Source: Spizellomyces punctatus DAOM BR117 (taxonomy: Eukaryota). From it: DNA of 64,000 nucleotides. Positions 50,373-62,500 of this stretch are shown piece by piece (within the stretch, counting starts at the first letter, position 1; every line of letters begins with the position of its first letter). Below the pieces are notes generated by a model, which did not search any database, was not told where the DNA came from, and saw only the letters and a list, made by a program, of their open reading frames with translations. The translations under genes and the position numbers were made by a program. The stretch lies in assembly GCA_000182565.2 (NCBI GenBank), contig KQ257464.1, one strand, 5' to 3'.

Positions 50373-51161
50373 TCATATGCTCCTGCGACCAGCCTGCTGG
50401 TCCTCAAAAATGATGGCCTGCTTAATCTTATCACGAAGGGCCACGAGGTCAAAAGTACATTGATCGTGCTCCAAGTCCAAACCCTCCGGTGCAGGAACCC
50501 CTTTGAACAATATATGAAAAGGAATTGAAGGTGGAAGAGCCTTCTCCAAATCGATGTTCTCTCCAAATGGGTGTACGGATACTTGTGTGGCCTCACGTCG
50601 CCCAGGGATTAGCTCCGACATCCAAATTTCCATTGACATTCGCCGTCCAAGAGTCGCACTTGCAATCCTTTGTATATCAATGAGGATAACACAAGCAATG
50701 TCAATATGGCTTGTGAGCCATGTTCTCGCATCGTCTTGCAACTCTTTGAGCGCTTCTGACCATCCAACTTCAATGAGAACAGTAGGATACATTCTTCCAA
50801 CGGGGACGAACCCCGCATCGGGTTGCTTGTACACTTGAGAGTTGACTTTCAAGGTGGTAGTGCCAATGTTATTGCACAGGCTGTCAAAATTAGTCGTTCC
50901 GACTTTGTCAATCAAAGATATAGCGATTTGATTGAAAGTAGACGTGGCGGCCCGCTCGTGCGGGAAAGACGGTACACGGCGAATACGAACAGTGCCGTGG
51001 TCGTAGTCCAGCATACATTCCTTGAAATTGCTTTGAGCCAACTCCAAAAATTCATTCTCTGGGACATGTTCTGCCACCTTCCAAAACTGAGTTGATGACA
51101 TCTCAGTTTTTATTGCATTTTTCACCACTTGGCGCAACTGTTCGTCCTCAGATGTGATCAT
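50373..51161 (-). CDS. Intronless Uma2/DUF820-like PD-(D/E)xK nuclease-fold protein
   Basis: PSFPHE, KQPDAGF and PTVLIEVGWSE...LQDDARTWL in one uninterrupted 262-aa ORF. Confidence 0.75.
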   Translation of the reverse strand: MITSEDEQLRQVVKNAIKTEMSSTQFWKVAEHVPENEFLELAQSNFKECMLDYDHGTVRIRRVPSFPHERAATSTFNQIAISLIDKVGTTNFDSLCNNIGTTTLKVNSQVYKQPDAGFVPVGRMYPTVLIEVGWSEALKELQDDARTWLTSHIDIACVILIDIQRIASATLGRRMSMEIWMSELIPGRREATQVSVHPFGENIDLEKALPPSIPFHILFKGVPAPEGLDLEHDQCTFDLVALRDKIKQAIIFEDQQAGRRSI

Positions 51162-51756
51162 TTTAGAGGTTATCGTGATGTGTGATTGACGTAGGAGGAA
51201 GACTTTCCACTGGTAGACGGACTGGAAATCAGCGACATTGGACTTTTATGCCTCCTTTCCCTACTGAGTTTCATTATTACATAAGCATAATCACGGGGCG
51301 ATCGTTTGTTTGGGGGCGTGATTTGTTGTCACATGACCCGGCACATGACCATGACCTTGATGCATCGCGGCTGCTGCTCTATTTGCTTAATTTGTCTCAT
51401 CAGGATGCCACATTATACTGAACGTCATTCCAAATTACTATCTCCTTATGGATATTAACTGTATAGCAATAATCAAGGCCAGTGGTATTTTTTGCCGCCA
51501 GGAATTGTATCTTGCAGTAGTTTGAAAATACAAAGTGAAAATAAAGACCTTTTACCGGGATATAGACATCATATAGCATCTAGCAAAGTGCTTCCGTACT
51601 GTAGCTGTATTTGCTTTCTGTCTTATTGTCTTTTGAGGTCGTCTGTCAAGTGCGTTGCACGCACGAGCTGACACGCTAGTTGAATCCAGTGCCATCAAGT
51701 TATCGATGAGCTGTAGCAAATGTAGAGTTCTTGTTGTGTTCAAATGGCAACGAACA

Positions 51757-52119
51757 ATCTATTCGTCAGGTTTCCTGACGACGCCCATATAGGTTGACAA
51801 TCTGTATCTCTTCTGATACTTTAGTTTCATTGAACGAGATGACAATCGACGACGACACAGCCCAAACTCATCGAGCCAAGCAAACTACGTAAATCTCATA
51901 TTCTGCATGAGATGAAACAGCCTAGCCCATTAGCGATCTATTCGCTGACGACGCCCATATAGGTCGACAATCTGTACCTCCACTAATCCTTTAGGTTCAT
52001 CGAATGAGATGACAGATCCACACATGCGTAATTATAATTGACGACGACACAGCCCGAATGCAAAGGAAGCAATCAGGCAAACTATGTAAATCTCTAATTC
52101 TGCATGAGATGAAATAACC
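51757..52119. repeat. Two-copy tandem duplication, unit about 180 bp
   Basis: ctgacgacgcccatatagg...gacaatctgta...gagatgaca...gacgacgacacagccc...gcaaacta.gtaaatctc...attctgcatgagatgaaa occurs at about 51775 and 51945. Confidence 0.9.
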
Positions 52120-52394
52120 AACCCATTAAAAACAATAAAAAGACAAAAGTCACAAGAACTTTAAACAGCCTAAACCTAAACCATAGTTCTAAATTGAGTA
52201 AAATTATGATTAAATTGGTTGGAATCTATGCCAATTGGCGCTTATGCAATCGGGCTGGCCACATGACCTTGCCCAAGACCAGCCCTTTGAACTGCTGAAC
52301 GGACCCAGCCCCATTTGCTTTCTCATTTTTTATTATTTAGGTTGGGCCTCATTTATCCATCCGCTCCTCTGTAAAGTGTTTGGCAGGAACAGCC

Positions 52395-53831
52395 ATGCCG
52401 CCTTCTACAGTGGTCTGTGAGCGTTCAGCGCCAGAAAAAGCACGCTACATTCGTGAGTTGACACTTTAGATCTCCCTTAAACATTATTTACATGTACTGA
52501 CAATTACGTTTCCGCAGCATCCTCACTCCCCAGTTCCTCCACACCTCGCTCTATCCACGTTCGCATCACACACGAAGCAGCATATCATGACGATGAAGAA
52601 GAAGACGACCTCCCTATTGGGCTCTTGCCGACAAGTTCAAACAATCCCAACCTCTCACACGAGGACTCGGACGACGAGGTGTCGTTGGCTGTTGCTGCGC
52701 GCTTAAAGGAAGCCATACCAGAGTATATGCGGTTGGAGGAACAGGAAAGGGAGTTAGCGGAATCGGAGGCGCTGGTCAAGCATGCTGAAAAGAGGATGGA
52801 GCATTTGTTGGCTGAAATCCGTGGAGCGAGTAATGAAGCTGACTACTTGAGCGACAAGTGGTAAGTTCTTGGACAGTATTCGTAATGCGCCTGCCTACAT
52901 GCCAAACCCACTTTTTTGAAGGCGACAAGAACGTCAATTCCTTGCCTCCGCCCTCTTAGCTCCAAAACAACGCCGACAAGCCCTAGAAACTCTCCGTCAA
53001 GAAGAACAAAAAGCCCGTCAAAAAGTCCAACACCTCCAACGCCACCTCGATACTGTTCAATCTCAACTCTCATCCCACACGCTCAACTATCGACGCCTCC
53101 TGCATGTCCGTGAACGACTTGAAGCACTCTATGAGCGGGTCTTTCGGGATGCTGCTGCTGATTTCCCTCACGAGCATCGGTTAAAGCAAGGCGTTTGGGC
53201 TTTGAATACTCGGTTGACTGCTTTAAGGGAACGAAGGGAAGAGGGTGCAAACGTGAGGAGGGAAATGGGGATCTTGGAAGTCAGTCTTAAAGACGTCAAG
53301 GCGCGATTGCTTAAAGAGCGACGAAGAGTACTTCGATGGGCGGTCGTAAGGGGCTTAAGAGAAGGTTCTGGGAGTGTGGACGATTTGCCACCGCCTTATA
53401 CGCCCTCAGCAGACGCGTTCGCACTCTCCACGTCGCCCCCCTACGCACCCATCACCCTTATGCGGGATCCGATCTGCCCGGGAGACACTGACCATGACAA
53501 CAGTCCGTACCTCATCTCTCCAACGGAACTCCACCTTTGCGACGCAACGAGAAGAAGAAGCACAGGTTCCGTCCTTGTGACCACACCACGACGACAAGAC
53601 CCTCCAAACGACCATGACGACACACTCTCCACTGTTTCCTCAGACGAAGACCGACCGCTGGGTTTCAATAGACACTATTCTACCCGTCTACATGACCGTC
53701 GTCGATCTGCATCCACCCCGCCTCCACCCCAACGAACACGACGAAGGCCCTTACCCCTTGTATCGCTCATTCCTGGTGGGATTCCGGTACCGGTTGGGCA
53801 AGAACCTCGTGATGGTGAACGAAGGCGGTAA
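52395..53831 (+). CDS. Hypothetical coiled-coil, low-complexity protein
   Basis: Spliceable frame from ATG 52395 through GT-AG introns; heptad-like EEQERELAESEAL segment; PPPY and Ser/Arg-rich tail. No family recognised. Confidence 0.6.
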
Positions 53832-54137
53832 GCGTATACTCCCTGGTGGAGTATTTTGTAATTTAGAACAAGTTTCTTAGTGATCCCCCCCATGTATTTG
53901 ACTTTTTTGTTTTGTATGTAATAGCAATATTGGATATTAAAGATATTAGTAAACAATAGTTTTTGGTTTTGTTTTGGTGATTTTAGTGTGTGGTGGACAG
54001 ATGGGTTTTGCGTTAAGTAAGCCATCCCGACACGGTTTATGAAAGTACGACCATCGCGTTCCAAAAATCAAAAAGATGTGCCGACCTTTGAGCGCATTTG
54101 AAGCGGGAGCAACCCATCTCATCGCTTTAAGCCAACA

Positions 54138-55232
54138 ATGTCCGTCCTCTTAGAACAAGCAGAGTCCCTCATCGCGACCCGCACAACCTACCTCCCAACA
54201 TCCCTTCGAATCCTGTCCATTGGCGCCCTCGAAACAACCTATGCAGCCCTTGAAGGCCTCTTTACCTCCCGAAAGACTGCCCAACGCATCAACGATCTCA
54301 CCACTGCGAACCCAGGCCAAGGTCGTGGTGTCATTGTGACAGGTGGGAATGCGGGTATTGGGTACGAAACAGCCAAAGCTTTAGCTGGGAGTGGATGGAA
54401 AGTGGTCATTGGGTGTCGGTCAACTGAAAAAGGGCAAAAAGCTATACAAGAAATTCAAAAAGCAACAGGCAATGAGCATGTTGTGTTCTTTTCGTTGGAT
54501 TTAGGTGATTTGGCGAGTGTTCGGGAGTTTGTTGATCGGGTGGGTGATCTTGGGTGGGGGTTCAGTTTATTGATAAGTGGGTACCATTTCTGTCATTTTC
54601 AAAAGTCAACTTTTGTGAAATTTATGGTTGTTCTTCAAGACAATGCAGGTATCATGGATATTCCCTATACCCTCGACAATAAGCAAATTGAAGGCCATTT
54701 CTCAACCAACCATCTGGGCCACTTTCTCCTCACCCATCTCCTCCTCCCGAACCTCAAACAAAACACACCCTCTAGAATCGTCAACCTAACATCTTGCGCG
54801 CACTACGCAACCAACAGTATCTCTTACAGTACCGTCACATCAAACCCATCCTCGAAGCAATCCCCGCTGGGATACTACTCCCACTCCAAATTCGCCAACA
54901 TCCTCTTTACAAAATCTCTCGCGCAACAATTGAAATCAACCGGTGTTGTCTCCTACTCTGTCCATCCAGGCATCATCCCAACAGATCTGTACGCCCAAAA
55001 CAAGCTCAATTATTCCGTAATGGGGTTATGGAAATCTCTTCTCCCCACGCCCTTTGATGGATGTTCTACGGTTTTGGTTGCGGCTTTGGATAAGAAGTTG
55101 GAGGGGGATGATACGAGTGGTGCGTATTTGGCTCAAGGACGGTTGTGGAAGGAGGCGAGTGGTGCTAATAATGAAGAAGAGGCGAAAAGGCTGTGGAATT
55201 GGAGTGTGGATGTTTGTGGGATTAAATGCTAG
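54138..55232 (+). CDS. Short-chain dehydrogenase/reductase (retinol dehydrogenase/WWOX-like)
   Basis: TGGNAGIG, LINNAG after removing intron 54577-54639, NHLGHFLLT, catalytic YSHSK and VHPG. Confidence 0.9.
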   Translation: MSVLLEQAESLIATRTTYLPTSLRILSIGALETTYAALEGLFTSRKTAQRINDLTTANPGQGRGVIVTGGNAGIGYETAKALAGSGWKVVIGCRSTEKGQKAIQEIQKATGNEHVVFFSLDLGDLASVREFVDRVGDLGWGFSLLISGYHFCHFQKSTFVKFMVVLQDNAGIMDIPYTLDNKQIEGHFSTNHLGHFLLTHLLLPNLKQNTPSRIVNLTSCAHYATNSISYSTVTSNPSSKQSPLGYYSHSKFANILFTKSLAQQLKSTGVVSYSVHPGIIPTDLYAQNKLNYSVMGLWKSLLPTPFDGCSTVLVAALDKKLEGDDTSGAYLAQGRLWKEASGANNEEEAKRLWNWSVDVCGIKC

Positions 55233-56853
55233 TCTCTAGCGTTTCCCTACTTTTAGACTATGTTTTTTAATGCACAAAGGCCGTATCGTACGTAGCTCAT
55301 AGGTTTAGATTTAATGCTAATTTCTCATAGTTTATCTGATACTACTGTTTTGCTATAATCTTGTACTGCACTAATATATCAACTATCATTGGACACTGAA
55401 TCAGTTTTATCATGGGGGTAATCATCGCGCGAAGCTCGTTGTCGCTTCATTCAATGCTGCCATTCATCAAACCTTTGATGACTTGTTGCGGTAGCGGGGC
55501 AAAGTGCCGTATTTCCTGTCATTCGCCACTACCATGTTGGCTGGTCAGCTTGTCTACGTATCTTTGAAACTCCCTTGTTTCTCCCACGCTCTCACGATAT
55601 TTCTCTTTCAAAGACCTCCTGTGGCCCATCGTCTTGGTTCTTCCCATCAAGAAACGTAAAAGCTAAAGCCGTTACATGGATTTTCCTCGTTAATCTTCTT
55701 TTGATCAATGAGATCTTGCTCCGAGAGTTCAAGTCGGACTTTAATCTCACTATTGCCTTTTGTTGCTGGTCGCGGATCGTGTACGCTCCTATGCTGCGCG
55801 TACATTGTCTTGCATCCCTGTAGCCATTGCAGGACTTGTACAGACTGTGTGCTCCAATCCCAGAGCCGTTGGCCTTGGATAACATATCGACCGTTTCCTC
55901 CTCTGAGAGTTGAAAATATGGGTGCTTTAGAACGTTTTCCTGCGTGCAAAAGACCACCCATTCTAGCTTGGTGCCATTGCTTCACCAGAAACCTGATGGA
56001 TGTCCTCCTATATCGCTTGTCCCAGACCGTGGGAAAATGAATAAACAAATGATTTCCACCATGGACGCGTTTACATAATCCTACGCGCGCAGTGTGCAAG
56101 GGGAACGAACGCACGCCAGGAGGTATGCCAGGAGGTGAGAACGACGACGATGATTGGGCATCGATGAGGTGACGTACGCAGGATACGGAATCTTTCGCCG
56201 ACGAATTCCGAAATTGCGAAAAAAAAAGCGCAGTTCCCCAGGGTTATAAAAAGGCGAGCTTTCCTCTCCCTCCCGTTCTTCTTTGTTCCCCACCTTTCTC
56301 TATTGCTTTTTAGTGTGTTAGATGTTCTTACCTTTTTTGCTTTTTTGTGTTGCATGGGACTGTAGTCTGCGTGGCCGGAGCGACTGCCTCCATCCTTAGG
56401 TGGAGCCCAATGATGGGGCCGGAGGGCACCTTTGCTCAATGATGGTCACCAGAGGGAGGGCCCGGTGGGTGAACAAGAAATTTGTTTATTCCAATGGCTG
56501 TCGCCTGAAATGGAATCAAAAATACTTTAGAAAATAAAGGAAGAAATGAAAGGATGAAATAGCAACATAAAGGACGTTTCTAAAGATGAAGATTTACAAT
56601 TATTGATGCTCTGCTAAATGGTTTGCTGCACTCTGAACGCCATGCTCGCTCATCCTGCCAGCTGAACTCTTAGAGCTCAGCTCACATCTGGAAACCTGGC
56701 AAAGACCTCTGAAGCTGATCGGCTTACATAACATCACGTGCACTCTGAATCCGACACGCTGGTACATTTTTTATTTTTGTCGAGATCCAGCGAGTTCAAA
56801 AGTCCTTGCGAGGTCATTTTGTCAAAAGACAGGTCCCACTCGTTTTGACCAAA

Positions 56854-59393
56854 ATGAAGCGAGCACGGACACCCCAAAAGTCCCACCCCGCACCAATTGA
56901 TCCCTCTACAGATGATGAAGAATACACTCTCGCCGAAATTGTGGATGACGACAGCGCTTCGGACGGAGACACAGTCTTTTTCTCGGCTGAGAGTGACACG
57001 GAAGAAGTAGATGGAATCAACAGTGCCAGTGAAGAAGAGCCTGCTGAAGATGAAGACGAAGGAGATGATGACGAAGGGGACGAAGACGAGGGGGATGAAA
57101 TTCCAGAAGGAGATGAAGATGAGTTTTCGTCCGATCAGAGTCCTGAGGAAGGGGATGAGTTTGCTAGTTCCGGCGATGACGAAGAGGAGGAGGAAGACGA
57201 TGGTACTGTAAGAGTACTGAGGAAAAAACCCTTGCCCGAGATTGATCCAGTTTACGATGAGGATACGTCGGATGAGGTTGGTTGTGAATGCCTCTGACTT
57301 GGAGATCACTTGAACCCATATGCCTAACCTTGTTACTCGCTCTCACACTAGGAAACGGCCAATACCGTCGGAAACGTGCCAAAAGAGTGGTATGATGAGT
57401 TCCCTCACAGTGGATACACAGTGGACGGAAAGAAGATTATGAAATCTGCGAAAGGAGATCAGCTGGATGCCTTCTTGTCCGCGATGGACGATCCTGATAC
57501 ATGGTAAAATGATTATCGTTCACGGTACCTCTTGATTGTCTCGTTGCTAACCTATTTTGTTGAATAGGCGCTCTGTATACGATAATCTCGAGGACCGGAA
57601 CATTGTACTAACAAAAGAAGAATTGGAGATGATCAAACGAATCCAAAAAGGCGATTTCGCCGATCCAACCTCCAATCCCTATGAGCCAACTGTAGAGTGG
57701 TTTTCTAGCAAGACACAAATAACACCCCTCTCAGCGGCTCCGGAACCCAAACGTCGATTCATTCCGTCAAAGTGGGAAGCTCAGCGCATTATGCACATTG
57801 TACGTGCGATCCGACAGGGGCGCATCGTGCCAGGGAAAAAGGCCGATAAGAAGAAGCAACAGTCCCAGTTTTATTCTATTTGGGACGATGCCACCGAGCC
57901 CACTGATCGCATCATGCACATCCCGCCTCCCAAGGCATCCCTCCCAGAACATGAGGAGTCGTACAACCCGCCAGAAGAGTACTTACCCACTCAACAGGAA
58001 ATAGAAGAATGGGAGAAAACGGATCCACAGGACCGACCAAGAAACTTCGTTCCAAAGAAATACAACAATCTCCGCAATGTTCCTGGGTACAACCGTTTCA
58101 TCCAAGAGCGGTTCGATAGATGCTTGGATTTGTACCTCTGTCCCCGTGTGATTAAAAAGAAACTAAACATTGACCCGGAATCGCTCATTCCCAAACTTCC
58201 AAACCCCCGCGACCTCCAACCCTTCCCAACGACCCTTGCTATTACCTACAAGGGTCATACCGCACGCATCCGAAGCATATCCATCGATCCAACGGGACAA
58301 TACCTCGTTTCTGGCTCTGACGACAACACAGTGAGATTATGGGAGATTGTTTCTGGCCGGTGTCTGAAAACCTGGACCTTTGATGAACCCATCACATTTA
58401 TAACGTGGAACCCCAACAAAGCCCTCTCTCTGATTGCTCTGGCCTCTCATACCAGCGTGTACATTATAACCCCCAAAAAAGCCTCCCCCGAAATCCAATC
58501 AGCAACTGATGCCTTGATTTCGCACATGTGGGCTAACCAAACCAAGCACACAAACGCGGAATGGACCAAGCCAACCGATAAACACGCTGCACAGGGACGG
58601 CTAGTGACGATTCGGTGTGAGAAGAATGTCACGTTTGTTACTTGGCATAGAAAGGGAGACTATTTTGCCACTGTTTCCCCGGATGGAGCGAGCAAATCGA
58701 TTTTGATACATCAATTATCAAAAGGGTTGAGTCAGAATCCGTTTAGGAAGGCGAAAGGGTTGGTTCAACGAGTTTCGTTCCATCCGACGAAACCCTTCTT
58801 TTTCGTAGCAGTAAGTACAAAATTCATTCATTCTTGTCATCTTGATTCCAGACATGTTCTTACATTTTATTTTATTAGACCCAGCGTACAGTCCGGGTAT
58901 ACAACCTCCAAACACAAACCCACCAAAAAACCCTTCAACCCTCCACGAAATGGATTTCCTCCCTTTCTATCCACCCGGCAGGTGACAATCTCATTATTGG
59001 AACCTACGATAAACGCCTGAGTTGGTTCGACATGGATTTGTCTTCGAAACCGTATAAAACCCTCCGGTATCATAAGCAGGCTATTAGGAATGTTTCCTTC
59101 CATTCTCGGTATCCCTTGTTTGCAAGTTGTGGGGATGAAGGCTCGGTTAATATTTTCCATGGGATGGTGTACAATGATTTGATGATGAATCCGTTGATTG
59201 TACCTGTTAAAACGTTGAGGGCGCATGAAGTTGTGGATGGACTGGGTATGTGTCTTTTGTTTTTGAAAACCCCTTTGTTGGCATGTGTTGACCGTAATTT
59301 TCGTTCCTAGGTGCCCTGCACTGTGAATTCCACCCCACCCAACCATGGATATTCTCTTGTGGTGCCGATGCAACAATTAAGCTCTTCTCTTGA
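56854..59393 (+). CDS. ERB1: Ribosome biogenesis protein Erb1/BOP1
   Basis: Acidic N-terminus, [48 protein letters not shown] and WD40 repeats. Confidence 0.95.
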
Positions 59394-59512
59394 TGTGGCG
59401 ATAATGGATTCTATTGTACATAGGGACCTGAAGTACAGCACTGTGTGTGCATTTAATAGATTTATTGCATATTTGCTAGAGTCTTTTGACATGGCGCACA
59501 AATAGAAATAGG

Positions 59513-62500
59513 TTAAACGGAATAGGATGGCCGTATCAAAAGGAGACTAATAGGCCGCCCATTAGACCCAATCCTCCTCTTCTTCTTGTTCCAGTATACC
59601 GCCCCCATCCAAACAAGTATGCACCAACGAATACAAAAGCCTCTAAAGACACGAGGAACAAGAGTTGCACATGGAACATTTCATAAAATTAATATGAAAT
59701 TAATATACGGACAAGCACGGTACTTACCACGCCCCGCTCACCCACCCAAATCCCAACCTTGTCTTGCATCTCATCCAATCCCATGCCCAAAAATTCTCGT
59801 AGTGTCATGAGAGTCAAGATAATTTGGGATGTAAAAGGATTAAGAGGCGGGAATGATGATAAAAAGCGTTCTTGCTGTACATCCACAAAAGCAAAAAAAA
59901 AAAGTGAGAAACGAGTGAGAGCGTTCACACTGATACGGAAACGATCTTACGGCCGATTCTTCTTTTGCCAGCCATGTCCGAGTTTCATATGCGGTCTTTG
60001 ACGACCAAGAACGTGGCATAGTCGTCACATTCGGCACCAAATAGCTGTTGGCAATCGTATCTCCGATATTCCTGCCACAAACGAATCAAGAAATCAGAAC
60101 GAGCTCAGGTTGAAGCGCCGGAAATGTGGGTATAAAACGCAAACCTAGCAATCCAAGCACTCTCCCGCGTATTCATTGAAATACAACATCGCACAACCTC
60201 ACCCATGCCCTCTAAACAGGCACAAAAACCACATAGCACATTCCAGCCTTTCACCACTGGTGGTGTAAACACATAGGTCGAGGATGGTTCCTTTTCTAGT
60301 ACAACGTAGATCCGGCTGTAATGAAGAATAGACTTGAGGAGAAGGTGGCCTAAATCGGTCTTTGACAGGTGCGTTAAGAGGGCTGTACCCTGCGCAGTGG
60401 ATGGTAGTGTGGTTGTTATCAGGGGAAGGTGGTTCAAGGGGTAATATCTGCGTTGAAAAGATGCTTGTCGTAAGACGGAGGTATGGGTATCGCAGCGAAT
60501 ACGTTGCTCACATGACGCAAGTTCGTTCATCTAGGATGAGGTCAACATCTCGATTGACAGGATTCGGCCCACGTCCCGCCTTTATTACAAAAAGTTACCA
60601 CTCGACAGGTGATGAGGGTATTTCAAAAGAATTGGAGCTCACCCCGCGGAAATCCAGATCTCGCTCCAGTAAATCAACGGCAAACTCGTTCTCCAATGCC
60701 CTTACTAGCGCTCGGTTGGTCAGAAGTCGTTGTCCAGCAATGTAGACGTGGCGGGTTGCGGTTGAGGTGTCAAAGGCGGGTATGGTCCATGTGGCACTTT
60801 TCGGCATCGTAAGAGGAGGAGCAAGTTGGGCTTTGGGCACGGTATCAATTCTGGTTCCCCTTTCTGCTTTTTGGGAAAGTTTTGGTTTGCTCGGTACTAA
60901 TTGAATTCGTCGTCAATTAACAGAAAGATTCTCGCCATTAGGATGTCCAGTAAACCACTCACCTGGTTGCCGGCTTCGCAACATCATAAACTCGTCTAAA
61001 CAAGATTGTACCGAAAACGGTTGACGCAAAGGATGTGCATCATCATTCGGATCCTGATCGTCAATGCCAAGAATCGCGTCGGCTTGTACTGAGACAGTCG
61101 AACTTCCCAAAGAGGCTCCGGTGGTAGGCTCGATCGTCGGGGCATGGGCGCTCCGGATAGGTGAACTGGGAACCGCGGTGAGCTTCGGTTGCGAAAGAAT
61201 TTCATCGCATTTTTGCTCATCAGGTGTTGGGCGTATGACTTCCCTAGTGTCTGGCGCTCCTGAGGGAAAAAACGTCCCAGAAAACCCTCGGTCTTTAACA
61301 TTGGTGCGTTCACCTTGCCCATGACCATCGCCGATCACGGCAGTCGATGAAATCTCTCTGACACCATTTAAGACCCGTGCCAGCGGATCGATCGATTTTA
61401 ATTGCCTGTGATCTTCCAGAACTTCAGCGGATTGCCGTGGACAAACCGAGCGAATTGTGTCAATAAACTCATCGCCCTTGAGTTTCTCGTGATAAGGCAG
61501 CATATCGCGGTATGCATCTTCACGCAAAACAAGCAATTAGGGTATAATGACATTTAACATCCGGTCTTGGTTTGCATACCTCTGCCAACATCAATCCCCT
61601 CAAAATCAAGATCAACAGCAACCGGATCTTCCAATCCCTCCTTCAGAATATCCTGCACAAACCGATCTCTGTCGATAACAACCCGACCCGGGAATATCCG
61701 CTGCATTGCTGCAACAGGGTTCCAATGCATCAGCGCTAGTTCTACCGAGGTGAAACTTTCGAACGCTCGAATGTTGAGGTGTTCGGTGAGTAGGGCTTTA
61801 AAGTTTGGCCACGGATCCGGGTTTGGGTGGAAGGGGTCAGGTCGTGGCAGAGTGGGAGCTGGAGTATCCGAGAGACTAAGCAAGGAGCGAGGTATATTGT
61901 CAGGCCTTCTTGTCCAAACTAACTTTACCGGTAAGTTGCCTCATGGATGCCATATCCCATTCCGCGTCCAATATGGCAGCAACATGATTTGCACTAGCCA
62001 CATTAAAATCAAACAACTTTTCCAATTCTTGGTCAACTTCCATTTCTGCTTTGTCTTTGAGTGGGTTTTCATTGTCTTGATCGGTACTCAGGGACAAGTT
62101 CGTAGTAGGATATGCGTCGAGGACCACTCGCATTGCATCCGAAAAGCATCTGAGAAAGAATCTGATTAATTGGTAAGAAACCACGATGAAATGCCAGAGT
62201 TCGTCCCTACTCTGAAGGCGAATCATCCCGCTTATGACGTCTGGAAAAGCAATTAAAACCCTTTCTTTGTCCAAATATCAAAATGCCCGCCAAACACATA
62301 CTTTGACCCTACTCCCGGTTCACTCGAAGAAGGAAATATAGGTAGCTCTAAACAGGATTCGAACAAATCATATCAACATCCAGAGTAATCTCTTCCACCT
62401 GCATCTCCATACGAAAAAGTACCTATCTGGGTAATCTTCCGTGCTCTTTTTCGACTAGTATTTTCCAAGGCAGCATACTCATGCTCATGTTCAGATTGAA

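Noticed and set aside
51757-52119. Repeats beside a nuclease as a CRISPR-like array
   Set aside because: Only two long units and no short repeat/unique spacer periodicity.
56050-56083. DYVNAS resembling the tyrosine phosphatase DYINAS motif
   Set aside because: No WPD or HCxxGxxR motif follows.
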